Below are positions 29,107 through 38,421 of a DNA stretch of 64,000 bases, piece after piece. Position numbers and translations under genes: made by a program. The notes under the pieces were generated by a model. The model saw only the letters and a list, made by a program, of their open reading frames with translations. It was not told where the DNA came from and ran no database searches. Position 1 is the stretch's first letter. Every line of letters begins with the position of its first letter. Origin of the DNA: Prochloron sp. (GTDB taxonomy: Bacteria > Cyanobacteriota > Cyanobacteriia > Cyanobacteriales > Prochloraceae); the NCBI GenBank assembly GCA_965198675.1, contig OZ240666.1:2656666-2720665 (forward strand), in the 5' to 3' direction.

Positions 29107-29847
29107 TTAAACTGCTGCTAAATTATCTACTTGCAACTGCTCCCTACTGGGCAACTCCAGGCAATAACCAGCACCATAAATTGTCTTGATATAGCGCGGG
29201 TGGCGGGAATCTGGCTCTAATTTGGTTCTCAAATGGCGGATATGTACCCGGATTGTCTCGATATCATCATCGGGATCGTAGCCCCAAACTTCTTTGAGAA
29301 TTTCGCTGGGAGAAACCGTTTGTCCGTGACGTTGAAGCAAACAGTGGAGCAGTTCAAATTCTAGATGAGTGAGCTTGACTGTTTTATCGAACCAAATCGC
29401 CTCAAACCTTTCCGGAATGAGGGTCAAGGGGCCGTAATTCAGGATTTCCGAGTGCTTTGCTGTTATAAGACTCCGATCTGTTCGCCGCAGTAGAGCGCGC
29501 ACCCTCGCCAACATCTCCTCAATCTCGAAGGGTTTAGTCAGATAATCGTCAGCTCCGGCATTGAAACCTTCCACCTTGTCTTGAGTTTGACCCAAAGCGG
29601 TTAACATCAGGATAGGAATGTCGGCGGTGCGATCGTCTCTCCGCAACCGCTGACAGACCGTAAAGCCATCGACTTTAGGGAGCATCAAGTCTAGAACGAT
29701 TAGGTCTGGTTGCAATTGCACCGCCAAAGCTTGACCTTTGATACCGTCTTCAGCTGGATTGACGTCATAACCAGCCATCTCCAGATTAATGGAGACTAAT
29801 TCTGAGATTGCAGAGTCATCGTCAATTACGAGTATTCGGGACATCAT
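29107..29847 (-). CDS. rpaA: OmpR-family response regulator RpaA (circadian/global output regulator)
   Basis: Near-identical blocks to S. elongatus RpaA as I remember it include [92 protein letters not shown] and [23 protein letters not shown]. Confidence 0.8.
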   Translation of the reverse strand: MMSRILVIDDDSAISELVSINLEMAGYDVNPAEDGIKGQALAVQLQPDLIVLDLMLPKVDGFTVCQRLRRDDRTADIPILMLTALGQTQDKVEGFNAGADDYLTKPFEIEEMLARVRALLRRTDRSLITAKHSEILNYGPLTLIPERFEAIWFDKTVKLTHLEFELLHCLLQRHGQTVSPSEILKEVWGYDPDDDIETIRVHIRHLRTKLEPDSRHPRYIKTIYGAGYCLELPSREQLQVDNLAAV

Positions 29848-30203
29848 TAGATATTTATAACTATAGTCGTTTATAACGGTTCTTGCTAAGAGGTGAAAAG
29901 GAAAATGAAGAATCCTATCCTAATTATAAGCATTAATGCTGAATTCTTTCTTTTTTGCTTTAGTTTTCTCGTAATTATTTAATTTTTTGTCAAAAATATT
30001 GAATTGAGTAATTTACGTGATACAATGTTTATAATTTGGCAATAGTGGCGCACTCTTCGCGCTCACCTTCGGTGAGCGTCTTGTTTAGAGTGGGTCCGGT
30101 TGGCAGCGATTATAGCGCTACCGGCGGGTGTAGGGTAGGGGGTGAGGGGGTAAATGGTAAAACTGGTCTTTCCTCCTGAGGACTGCCTCCTTAAGGTGAA
30201 GGG

Positions 30204-31127
30204 TTAAACTCTTTGAGCAAATCTGAGTTTAGCAGAACGAGAGCGGGTATTTTTTCCTCGTTCGTCAATAACAGGGGTAATTGGCTTTTTGGTCAATACC
30301 TGGAGGATATCTGCTTCTCTGAAGCGATGTTTGACAATTCGGTCTTCGAGACTGTGAAAGCTAATAATGCCAATTATTCCTCTTGGTTTTAACCAGTAAG
30401 GAGCTTGAGTGAGAAAGCGTTCGAGAGACTGAAGTTCAAGATTGACCGCAATGCGCAAGGCTTGAAAAACGCGGGTGGCTGGGTGGATTTTGCCATGGCG
30501 ATATTTGGGGGGAATGGTAGCGGCGATCGCCTGGGCTAGATCGGTGGTAGTTTGAAAGGGACGCTGTCGGACAATCCGTTTGGCAAAACGAAGAGAAAAT
30601 CTTTCTTCCCCATACTTAGAGAATATATCTACTAATTCTATGAAGGAGAAATGATTGATAATTGTTGCGGCTGTGAGGGATTGACTGCGATCCATCCGCA
30701 TGTCTAAACTCCCTGTATGTTTAAAACTAAAACCTCGGCTGGGATTGTCCAATTGAGCAGAACTCACCCCTAAATCGGCAATAATGCCATCGAACTGTCC
30801 AGATACCGGCTTAAAGTCGGCAAAATTACCTTGCCAAAAGGAAACCCTGCTCCCATAAGGGGCTAATTTTTCGGTCGCTGCTGCGATCGCCCATTCATCT
30901 CTATCGATTGCCGTAACTTTCACCCCAGCATTTGCTGCTAAAATCAAACTACTGTGTCCCCCACCCCCTGCGGTAGCATCTAAATAATGACCATCGCTGA
31001 CAATTTTCAATCCCTCAATTAACTCTTTACTCAATACCGATAGGTGAAAATAGGTTATTGGTTGTTTGTTCTTGGTTGTTTGTTCTTGGTTATGTAGCAT
31101 TGTTAGAGCTAATTTCTTGTTAGTCAT
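30204..31127 (-). CDS. rsmH: 16S rRNA (cytosine1402-N4)-methyltransferase
   Basis: The motifs [35 protein letters not shown] and [11 protein letters not shown] are present. Confidence 0.9.
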   Translation of the reverse strand: MTNKKLALTMLHNQEQTTKNKQPITYFHLSVLSKELIEGLKIVSDGHYLDATAGGGGHSSLILAANAGVKVTAIDRDEWAIAAATEKLAPYGSRVSFWQGNFADFKPVSGQFDGIIADLGVSSAQLDNPSRGFSFKHTGSLDMRMDRSQSLTAATIINHFSFIELVDIFSKYGEERFSLRFAKRIVRQRPFQTTTDLAQAIAATIPPKYRHGKIHPATRVFQALRIAVNLELQSLERFLTQAPYWLKPRGIIGIISFHSLEDRIVKHRFREADILQVLTKKPITPVIDERGKNTRSRSAKLRFAQRV

Positions 31128-31338
31128 GAATCATCCGTATTTTTTTATAAATCCAGTTGCTCCCGCTCTGATTTGCCAATTCGATTTGATAAAGATTTAA
31201 CTATAGCAATATTAGGTCTCAAATTGACAAGACAAGTGAGGCGCGATCTAGGGCTATTTCATTCAATATGAAAGGGAGATAGGAAGATAACGTGATTGGC
31301 TGATTTGGGGATTATTTTACAGAACTTCCCCCCATCAC

Positions 31339-31500
31339 CTTTCAGTTACCAGTGACCAGTAATCACGTACCATGGTAGCAGCTCAACCTTGGGTTTGAGG
31401 CCCCCACCACTTATTTGGTGGCAAGCCACTTATTGGTGGAAGGTAACTGGTAACTGGTAACTGGTAACTGGTAACTGGTAACTGGTAACTGGTAACTGGT
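31339..31500. repeat. composite repeat module: one 69-bp unit, a CCACCA..TGGTGG hairpin segment and about 8 GGTAACT heptamers
   Basis: It is identical in order and almost in sequence to 16446-16560 plus the start of the heptamer array at the first locus. Confidence 0.9.
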
Positions 31501-31842
31501 ATTGCGAAGCAAAGCGCAAGCTTTGCGAAGCAACCGCCCTTGGCGTCCCGCCCTTGGCGTCCCGCCCTTGGCGTCCTGGTCACTGTTTTACCCCATCACC
31601 CCATCACCCCATCACACTCAGTCTCAACCGAGAATGAAACAGCCCTGAGTTATATCACGTCCGGTTGAATGCCTATAATAAAAAATAAACAACTGTAGGT
31701 TGGGTTTCGCTCGTCAAACTTTTTGCTGCTAAATATATATACAGTTAACATATAATATCAGAAAGTGCTTGGGTATTGTTACCAACCAGCTACAATACCT
31801 GCACCGATCTGATTCTTGCAATTTGGGAAACATTGCTACTAT

Positions 31843-33027
31843 ATGCCAAAACTTGAAACTAGAACAGAACCCATGACCCTGAACATGGGTCCGCACCATC
31901 CCTCGATGCACGGCGTTCTCCGCTTGATCGTCACTCTCGATGGGGAAGATGTGCTCGATTGCGAACCTGTAATCGGCTATCTGCACCGGGGAATGGAAAA
32001 GATTGCTGAGAACCGCACTAACGTCATGTATGTCCCCTATGTCAGTCGCTGGGACTACGCTGCGGGGATGTTCAACGAAGCAATTACCGTCAATGCACCG
32101 GAAAAACTAGCAAATATTGAAGTACCGAAACGGGCCCAATACATCCGGGTCATCATGCTAGAACTAAACCGCATTGCCAATCACCTGTTGTGGTTGGGAC
32201 CATTTTTAGCGGACGTGGGCGCCCAGACACCCTTTTTCTATATCTTCCGGGAACGGGAGATGATTTACGACCTCTGGGAAGCTGCCTCTGGAATGCGCTT
32301 AATTAATAATAACTACTTTCGCATTGGCGGTGTAGCGGTGGATCTGCCCTATGGTTGGGTGGATAAGTGTGAGGACTTCTGCGATTACTTCGACCCCAAG
32401 GTAGACGAATACGAAAAGTTAATTACCAATAATCCTATTTTCCGCCGTCGCGTCGAAGGTATTGGCATAATTAGCAGAGAAGAAGCGATTAACTGGAGTC
32501 TTTCCGGTCCCATGTTAAGAGCTTCTGGGGTGAAGTGGGACTTGCGCAAAGTTGACAGCTACGAGTGTTACGATGATTTCGATTTTCGAGTACATTGGGA
32601 AACTGCTGGGGATTGTTTTGCTCGCTATTTAGTGCGCATTCGGGAAATGCGGGAGTCGGTTAAGATTATCCGGCAAGCACTCAAGGGACTTCCCGGTGGT
32701 CCTTACGAGAATTTAGAAGCAAAACGAATGAGTGAGGGGAAAAAATCCAAGTGGAATGACTTTGATTACCAGTACATCGCCAAAAAAGTGGCCCCAACCT
32801 TCAAAATTCCTGCTGGAGAGCATTACGTCCGCTTAGAAAGCGGTAAAGGAGAGTTGGGTATTTTTATTGTTGGCAATGATAATGTTTTCCCCTGGCGTTG
32901 GAAAATTCGCGCTCCTGATTTCAACAACCTGCAAATTCTACCTCACCTACTCAAAGGGGTCAAAGTTGCGGATATTGTAGCGATTTTGGGTAGTATTGAC
33001 GTGATTATGGGTTCTGTTGACCGCTAA
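31843..33027 (+). CDS. ndhH: NAD(P)H-quinone oxidoreductase subunit H
   Basis: [59 protein letters not shown] is canonical NdhH. The protein ends ..[12 protein letters not shown]. Confidence 0.95.
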   Translation: MPKLETRTEPMTLNMGPHHPSMHGVLRLIVTLDGEDVLDCEPVIGYLHRGMEKIAENRTNVMYVPYVSRWDYAAGMFNEAITVNAPEKLANIEVPKRAQYIRVIMLELNRIANHLLWLGPFLADVGAQTPFFYIFREREMIYDLWEAASGMRLINNNYFRIGGVAVDLPYGWVDKCEDFCDYFDPKVDEYEKLITNNPIFRRRVEGIGIISREEAINWSLSGPMLRASGVKWDLRKVDSYECYDDFDFRVHWETAGDCFARYLVRIREMRESVKIIRQALKGLPGGPYENLEAKRMSEGKKSKWNDFDYQYIAKKVAPTFKIPAGEHYVRLESGKGELGIFIVGNDNVFPWRWKIRAPDFNNLQILPHLLKGVKVADIVAILGSIDVIMGSVDR

Positions 33028-33048
33028 TATCTGTTCCTGCCCTACCCC

Positions 33049-34449
33049 TCACTTGTCAAACTGTTCTGGAATAGGTTCTAGGGGTATGCCCAAAGCCTCT
33101 TGTTCTATTGGTGCTTCTCTAGGAGACTGTTCTGGAATAGGTTCTAGGGGTATACCCAAAGCTTCTTCTGGTTCTTGAGTTTCTTGGGCTTCTGTTGATA
33201 ATGGTGGAGATTCTGGGGGCGTTCCTGTTTCAGGTAAGGCTGCCCCTTCTTCTAATCCCGGAAGGGTCAAAGAGGGACAAATTTGCTGATTATAGGCAAA
33301 ATTAACACTTACCCGATAAGCTTTGGACTGATTCTTGTCATAATCGAATCTTCGAGTTAAAATGTCTTCCCTTGCCTGTTGATTAAAAATTCCATAACCT
33401 CCACTTCTGATTAAATCTAATTCTCTAATTTGTCCTTTTTCATCGACTAAAACTCCGTAAACAGTAGTACCTTCTAACTTGAGGGGACAAGCATCTTGAG
33501 GATAATTCCCCTCAATACTCAGATCAACAGAATCTACAATTTCAATCTTTGCCAACCAATTGGTGTAATTTTCCTGTTCTTCAGACGAAGTAGTATTGGT
33601 GAGGTCTAGAGTGAGATTGTTTGCCCTTGCTAAAATGTCGGCCCACAATTTTGACCTGTGAGATGGAAGATCGGCATTGTCAGATGAAGTCGAAGGTAGG
33701 GGCACGGCATTGCCGTGCCCATACAGGGTTGGAGTTGGTAGAACCACAATTTCTGGCTCGGTGGTCCTCTCTTGCGGTAATTGACTGGGGAGAAAATCTT
33801 CCGGCTTAATCGTTTCCCCTGTAATTGAAGGGGGTGGGTAGTTGTTGATATCCTCCGGACTCTGGCGCTCAGCTCTGATGCGAGGATCAATTATCACACC
33901 TTCCGATGAGCTGCTCTGTATTGCCAATTTCTTCTTTCTTTCCTCTTGCTCTGATCCTTCCGGGGCAATGGGAGGATTTGCGCCAGTTGGGATTTTTCTC
34001 GACTGTTGGGCGTAGGGGCACGGCATTGCCGTGCCCGTACAGGGCGATGGTTGAGGAGTAATGGCGGTCGGTGATTTTTTCTGGTTGGGAGGCAGAGATA
34101 AAATCTGCTGTACGCTCGCGTTCGTGGGAGTTGGCGGGACGACAGCCGATGACACCCTATTGAAGGAAGTTGGTCGGCGGACCGTATCAAACAAGAAAAT
34201 TCCAGTCTCTTGTGTTTTGGGAACAGCGGGAACCTTGGGGTAGGATTGAGAGAGGTTGGGGAGACGGTTTTGCTCAATGGATATCAGACGCACCGTTCTC
34301 TGAAGTCTTCTTTTTTCTGGTGACCGTATAAGGGGAACATCTGGAAAAGCAATTGCTACCAGACCGTGAATGCCCATGGACGCTAGCACTGCTATAGTTG
34401 TTGGTCTCATTTGTAGGCCTCGTTGGGTTAGGGTTTTCAGCCTGGACAT
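33049..34449 (-). CDS. proline-rich membrane-anchored protein with TonB-C-like domain
   Basis: It has an N-terminal TM helix (TTIAVLASMGIHGLVAIAF), a long Pro/Ser/Thr-rich linker, and a C-terminal compact domain (..GTTVYGVLVDEKGQIRELDLIRSGGYGIFNQQAREDI..YRVSVNF). The functional assignment is tentative. Confidence 0.4.
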   Translation of the reverse strand: MSRLKTLTQRGLQMRPTTIAVLASMGIHGLVAIAFPDVPLIRSPEKRRLQRTVRLISIEQNRLPNLSQSYPKVPAVPKTQETGIFLFDTVRRPTSFNRVSSAVVPPTPTNASVQQILSLPPNQKKSPTAITPQPSPCTGTAMPCPYAQQSRKIPTGANPPIAPEGSEQEERKKKLAIQSSSSEGVIIDPRIRAERQSPEDINNYPPPSITGETIKPEDFLPSQLPQERTTEPEIVVLPTPTLYGHGNAVPLPSTSSDNADLPSHRSKLWADILARANNLTLDLTNTTSSEEQENYTNWLAKIEIVDSVDLSIEGNYPQDACPLKLEGTTVYGVLVDEKGQIRELDLIRSGGYGIFNQQAREDILTRRFDYDKNQSKAYRVSVNFAYNQQICPSLTLPGLEEGAALPETGTPPESPPLSTEAQETQEPEEALGIPLEPIPEQSPREAPIEQEALGIPLEPIPEQFDK

Positions 34450-34465
34450 TAGTATCTATTTCATT

Positions 34466-35689
34466 TTAATTCCTCATTTGGACGGGCATTACCAAATAAG
34501 TCATCTTGATACTGCTTTCGGGCGTGAAAATCACTGGTCGATCGCCTTCATTTAGTTGCATTTTAATTTCATTAGCCCTGAGGGCTTTCAATCCATCCAT
34601 CAAGTATTTGATATTAAAGGCAATTTCTATACTTTCCCCAACGATCTGTGCTGACATTGACTGTTTTGCACTGCCCACGTCTTGAGTCTCTACAGAAAGG
34701 TCAAGTTCCTGCTTATCGCTATGGAGAGAAAATTTAACCGTATTATTCTTTTGATCTGCCAGCACTGCTACTAATTCTAAACCTCTGAGCAATTCCTTGC
34801 GCTCTAGGGTTATCTGGCGAGAAAATTGCTGGGGAATCAAGCGGCGATAATCGGGATATTGTCCTTCTAATTTTTGACTTCTCAAGTGGCGAGTGTCTAA
34901 GTCAAATACTACTTGACCCTCGTCTACTTTCAATTGAATGCACGCGCCTTCTTTCAGACTACCCAGCATTTGTTTGAGTTCTCGCAGCGCTCTTGCTGGA
35001 ATCGTCACTTCAAAGTCTTCCCTCCCGACCGACCCACCCCCTCGGTCCCCCTCCCGGGAGGGGGAAGGGGGTGGGTCACTCTCAGTCTCGACTGACCTTT
35101 CTTCAACTTCGGACGCTGCGGTTTGCACTACCGCCAAGCGATGAGAATCAGTTGCGGCAAATTCCAGTCCTGCTTCAGTTCTAGTTAAATGTACCCCTGT
35201 CAAAACTTGCTTAGTTTCGTCAGTGCTAGCAGCAAATAAAACCCCTCTCAGTCCATCAGTTAAAGCAGAAACCGGCAAGACAAGGGATTGACCGGCTTCA
35301 ACTGGGGGGAATTCCGGGTATTCCTCTACGTTTTTCTCTTGATTAATCTTAAACCGCCCCGCTCCAGTTGTCAAAGTTGCCCGTTCGTCTTCCAGTGCTT
35401 CTGGATCCGGTTCGTCCGAGATGGTAATTTCGGATTCTGGCAGCCGAGAAACAATGTCATTGAGGAGTTTAGCTGGCAGGGCGAGGGTACCGCTTTCTAT
35501 AACTGTCGCACTAAAGCTGGTGCGAATACCGAGGCTGAGATCGAAAGCAGTTAAGTCTAGCCGTCCCTTTTCTTCATCGGCTACTAACAAGACATTGCCC
35601 AGGACTGGATGAGTCGGACGAGAAGGAACTGCCCGACTAACTAAAGATAGATTGGTATTCAGTGTACTTTGAGTGCAAACTATTTTCAT
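34466..35689 (-). CDS. dnaN: DNA polymerase III subunit beta (sliding clamp), carrying a 16-codon repeat-derived insert
   Basis: MKIVCTQSTLNTNLSLVSRAVPSRPTHPVLGNVLL.., FEVTIPARALREL and the C-terminal YLVMPVQMRN are present. At 407 aa it is longer than usual because of DPPPSPSREGDRGGGS, encoded by the palindrome at 35031-35077. Confidence 0.92.
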   Translation of the reverse strand: MKIVCTQSTLNTNLSLVSRAVPSRPTHPVLGNVLLVADEEKGRLDLTAFDLSLGIRTSFSATVIESGTLALPAKLLNDIVSRLPESEITISDEPDPEALEDERATLTTGAGRFKINQEKNVEEYPEFPPVEAGQSLVLPVSALTDGLRGVLFAASTDETKQVLTGVHLTRTEAGLEFAATDSHRLAVVQTAASEVEERSVETESDPPPSPSREGDRGGGSVGREDFEVTIPARALRELKQMLGSLKEGACIQLKVDEGQVVFDLDTRHLRSQKLEGQYPDYRRLIPQQFSRQITLERKELLRGLELVAVLADQKNNTVKFSLHSDKQELDLSVETQDVGSAKQSMSAQIVGESIEIAFNIKYLMDGLKALRANEIKMQLNEGDRPVIFTPESSIKMTYLVMPVQMRN

Positions 35690-35773
35690 CTAAAAATGCA
35701 AAAGGTGCCAAAATCAATTAGATTATATTATAACAGAGATATTGCCCAAAAACAAATAACCAATAACAAACAA

Positions 35774-35886
35774 CTAACAACTAACAACCAAATTGCTCAA
35801 TTGACGCAATCTCTGATTCAAGGGTCTTTCTGCTGCATTTGAGCAATCTTTTCGCAGCTATACATGACTGTAGTGTGGTCTTTACC
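35774..35886 (-). pseudogene. dnaA: dnaA 3'-terminal stub (domain IV end only)
   Basis: My hand translation is GKDHTTVMYSCEKIAQMQQKDP* (35886-18). After a 1-nt shift it reads PLNQRLRQLSNLVVSC* (to 35774). GxDHTTV...C.KI is the hallmark of the DnaA C-terminus. The stub ends 85 nt upstream of dnaN. Confidence 0.6.
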
Positions 35887-36160
35887 ATCGTCTAGAAAAC
35901 TCGCGAGTGAGGTATAGCTTTCTTCAGTTTCAACAAACTCTATCCCATAGAGTTATGAATCCTAGCTTTCAGTTTGGCAGTAGGAATTTGAACGAAGTTT
36001 TGATTGTTTTTGGCGCCAATATTAACCCCATCTTTTTGTTTTTGATTCCAACCAAAAACGAGTCTCCCAATAGAATTATCTATACAGTGATTAATTACCA
36101 GTTTTACTGCTTTATTTATTGCATCTCGCATTTGGCGATTGCGCTTTTCGGTTATGCTTG
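35887..36160 (-). pseudogene. TnpB (IS605 OrfB family) internal fragment, frameshifted
   Basis: The fragment reads ..KLSSITEKRNRQMRDAINKAVKLVINHCIDNSIGRLVFGWNQKQKDGVNIGAKNNQNFVQIPTAKLKARI.. It then shifts frame to YGIEFVETEESYTSLASFLDD. Both the N- and C-terminal parts are absent. Confidence 0.65.
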
Positions 36161-36310
36161 ATAGCTTTTTCGACCAAAATCCTTAGTTGATGAGTTTATT
36201 TGCCGTGGAGCAAAGGTAGTCAAGAAACGAGAGAATCTTAGAATCTTTAATCAAATTTTGTTGACATCCATACAATCTTCATCACCTCCTGATTTGATAT
36301 TATCATATAT

Positions 36311-36470
36311 AGCAACCGCCAGAGCGATTGATACACCCAAGTGACCCACCCCTCTGCTCCCCTCCCGGGAGGGGATGGGGGTGGGTAGGCTCGAAATGTT
36401 ATAACCCGCTTTCTGACTGCAATTCATTTACATATTACCTGGGAAACTCATAACTGGTAACTGCCTGACT
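36311..36470. repeat. about 165-bp dispersed MITE-like element, copy 1
   Basis: AGCAACCGCCAGAGCGATTGATACACCC..GTGACCCACCCCTCTGCTCCCCTCCCGGGAGGGGATGGGGGTGGGTAGGCTCGAAATGTTA...ACTCATAACTGGTAACTG is collinear with 52428-52597. Confidence 0.75.
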
Positions 36471-36602
36471 GCCCCGGTTGGCATGAGCAGGACTGGTAAC
36501 TGGTAACTGGTAACTGGTAACTGGTAACTGGTAACTGGTCACTGCTATAATGACGGACTTAGACGGCTGAATAAATTCAGCTATTCGCTTAATTGCATTA
36601 TA

Positions 36603-37589
36603 ATGACTTCCTTACCAGAAGTAATTGCCATAGACTTAGGGGGAACCGCCATCAAACTGGGACGGTTTTTGCAAGATGGCACTTGCTTATCCTCCTTCAC
36701 TGTACCCACTCCCCAACCATCTACTCCGGCAGCAGTCACCGAGGCGATCGCCCGAGAGGTAGGTCAACTGAATGCTGCCCAACGTTGTCTTGCCATCGGT
36801 ATCGGCACTCCCGGACCTGCTGATGCTGCTGGTAGAATTGCTAAAGTAGCTATTAACCTGGCAACCCCCCCCCTTAATCCCCCCCCTAGGGGGGATGACA
36901 AGGGGGGCAAGGGGGGATCATCCGCTTGGCATGAAGTTCCCCTAGCAGACTGGTTAGAATCTTTAACAGGACTCCCTACTATTATAGCTAACGATGCTAA
37001 TTGTGCTGGGTTGGGGGAAGCTTGGTTGGGAGCAGGACGCAAGTTTAAAAATCTTATTTTATTAACCCTGGGTACTGGTGTTGGCGGCGCGATTATTCTC
37101 GATGGCAAGTTATTTAGGGGTCATCTCGGTGCTGCTGGGGAATTGGGTTTGATTACTTTAAACCCCTCCGGACCCCCTTGTAATAGTGGCAATCAAGGTT
37201 CTTTAGAACAATATCTCTCTATTGGCGCTATTCGCCGCGCTACGGGCAAAGAACCAGCAGCATTGGGACAAATGGCAGCAGATGGATCGGTGGAAGCGTT
37301 GGCTTTTTGGCAGGACTATGGTAGGCTATTAGGTACTGGATTGGCCAGTCTGATTTACGTGCTGACACCAGAAGCAGTAATTATTGGCGGTGGTGTGAGT
37401 GCTAGCGCTGAGTTTTTTTTCCCTTCAACCAAAGCAGAAATAGAGCGACGAGTTTTACCTAGTTCTCGCCTTGATTTACAATTATTAAGAGCAGGGTTGG
37501 GCAATAGAGCGGGAATGGTAGGAGCTGCTAAATTAGCTTGGGCTTTGAGTTCTGGGAAGATAAAATATGATAGCTATTTACCCAGGTAG
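36603..37589 (+). CDS. ROK family sugar kinase (glucokinase-like) with a repeat-derived insert
   Basis: [16 protein letters not shown].., [17 protein letters not shown] and [15 protein letters not shown] are ROK motifs. The extra segment [20 protein letters not shown] is encoded by a GC-rich palindrome at about 36864-36917. Confidence 0.8.
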   Translation: MTSLPEVIAIDLGGTAIKLGRFLQDGTCLSSFTVPTPQPSTPAAVTEAIAREVGQLNAAQRCLAIGIGTPGPADAAGRIAKVAINLATPPLNPPPRGDDKGGKGGSSAWHEVPLADWLESLTGLPTIIANDANCAGLGEAWLGAGRKFKNLILLTLGTGVGGAIILDGKLFRGHLGAAGELGLITLNPSGPPCNSGNQGSLEQYLSIGAIRRATGKEPAALGQMAADGSVEALAFWQDYGRLLGTGLASLIYVLTPEAVIIGGGVSASAEFFFPSTKAEIERRVLPSSRLDLQLLRAGLGNRAGMVGAAKLAWALSSGKIKYDSYLPR

Positions 37590-38055
37590 TTTTGATCCCA
37601 TTACTTTAGGTCATCTCGATATTATCCAACGAGGTGGTAAGCTTTTTGAGCGGGTAATTGTGGTCGTACTCTGTAACCCCAATAAGCAACCGTTGTTTCC
37701 CATATCTAAAAGAGTAGCACAAATTCGCGAGTGTACGAGCCATCTAACCAATATTGAGGTGGATAGTTTTAGCGGTCTGACTGTGGAATACGCCAAATTA
37801 AAACAGGCTGATGTTTTGCTTCGTGGTCTGCGAGTACTTTCTGATTTTGAGGGAGAACTGCAAATGGCTCATACTAATAAAATGCTCTGGGATGGTATGG
37901 AAACTGTTTTTTTGGCTACTTCTAACGAATATAGTTTTTTAAGTAGTAGTGCAGTTAAAGAAATTGCTATGTTTGGAGGTTCTGTGGAGCGTTTCGTTCC
38001 CGAAAATGTGGCAGTAGATATTTACGCCTATATTAATAAATCCTTAAAAAGATAG
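37567..38055 (+). CDS. coaD: pantetheine-phosphate adenylyltransferase
   Basis: [23 protein letters not shown].., [19 protein letters not shown] and [13 protein letters not shown] are present. Confidence 0.92.
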   Translation: MIAIYPGSFDPITLGHLDIIQRGGKLFERVIVVVLCNPNKQPLFPISKRVAQIRECTSHLTNIEVDSFSGLTVEYAKLKQADVLLRGLRVLSDFEGELQMAHTNKMLWDGMETVFLATSNEYSFLSSSAVKEIAMFGGSVERFVPENVAVDIYAYINKSLKR

Positions 38056-38421
38056 GGTAAACCGCCAAGGTCGTAAACTCATTTCTAGTATTGCTTTTCG
38101 ACCAAATAATTGCGAATTCTTTTTACCTTCTATGCCCTTAGTTTATCATAGCAATCAATTTCAAAGTATAAGCTATTTACCCTATGCCAGAGTAAAGATT
38201 GTGTAAAGTCTAGGAATTTTCCCAAAGCCAGCAAAATTCAGATATCTTAAATGGAAGCGCGCTCTACGCCGACGCCAAGGTTCCAGGATTGAACTGTATC
38301 CCTTTGCGGCTTAGCGCCTTGGCGCGAGATGAAAAATCCTTGACATATATTTTAGATATAAGATATAATTAAGCTTGTCTATTCCTCCAAAAAACATGCC
38401 TTTTCCCCACACCCTATTTCC

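Noticed and set aside
30040-30200. Possible structured small RNA between rpaA and rsmH: a GCTCACCTTCGGTGAGC UUCG hairpin and a GGGTCCGGTTGGCAGCG segment vaguely reminiscent of the SRP RNA domain IV
   Set aside because: The SRP hallmark (GGAA tetraloop with flanking symmetric loop) is not present. I cannot establish a promoter, a terminator or covariation. It would need a cmsearch (Rfam) and RNA-seq.
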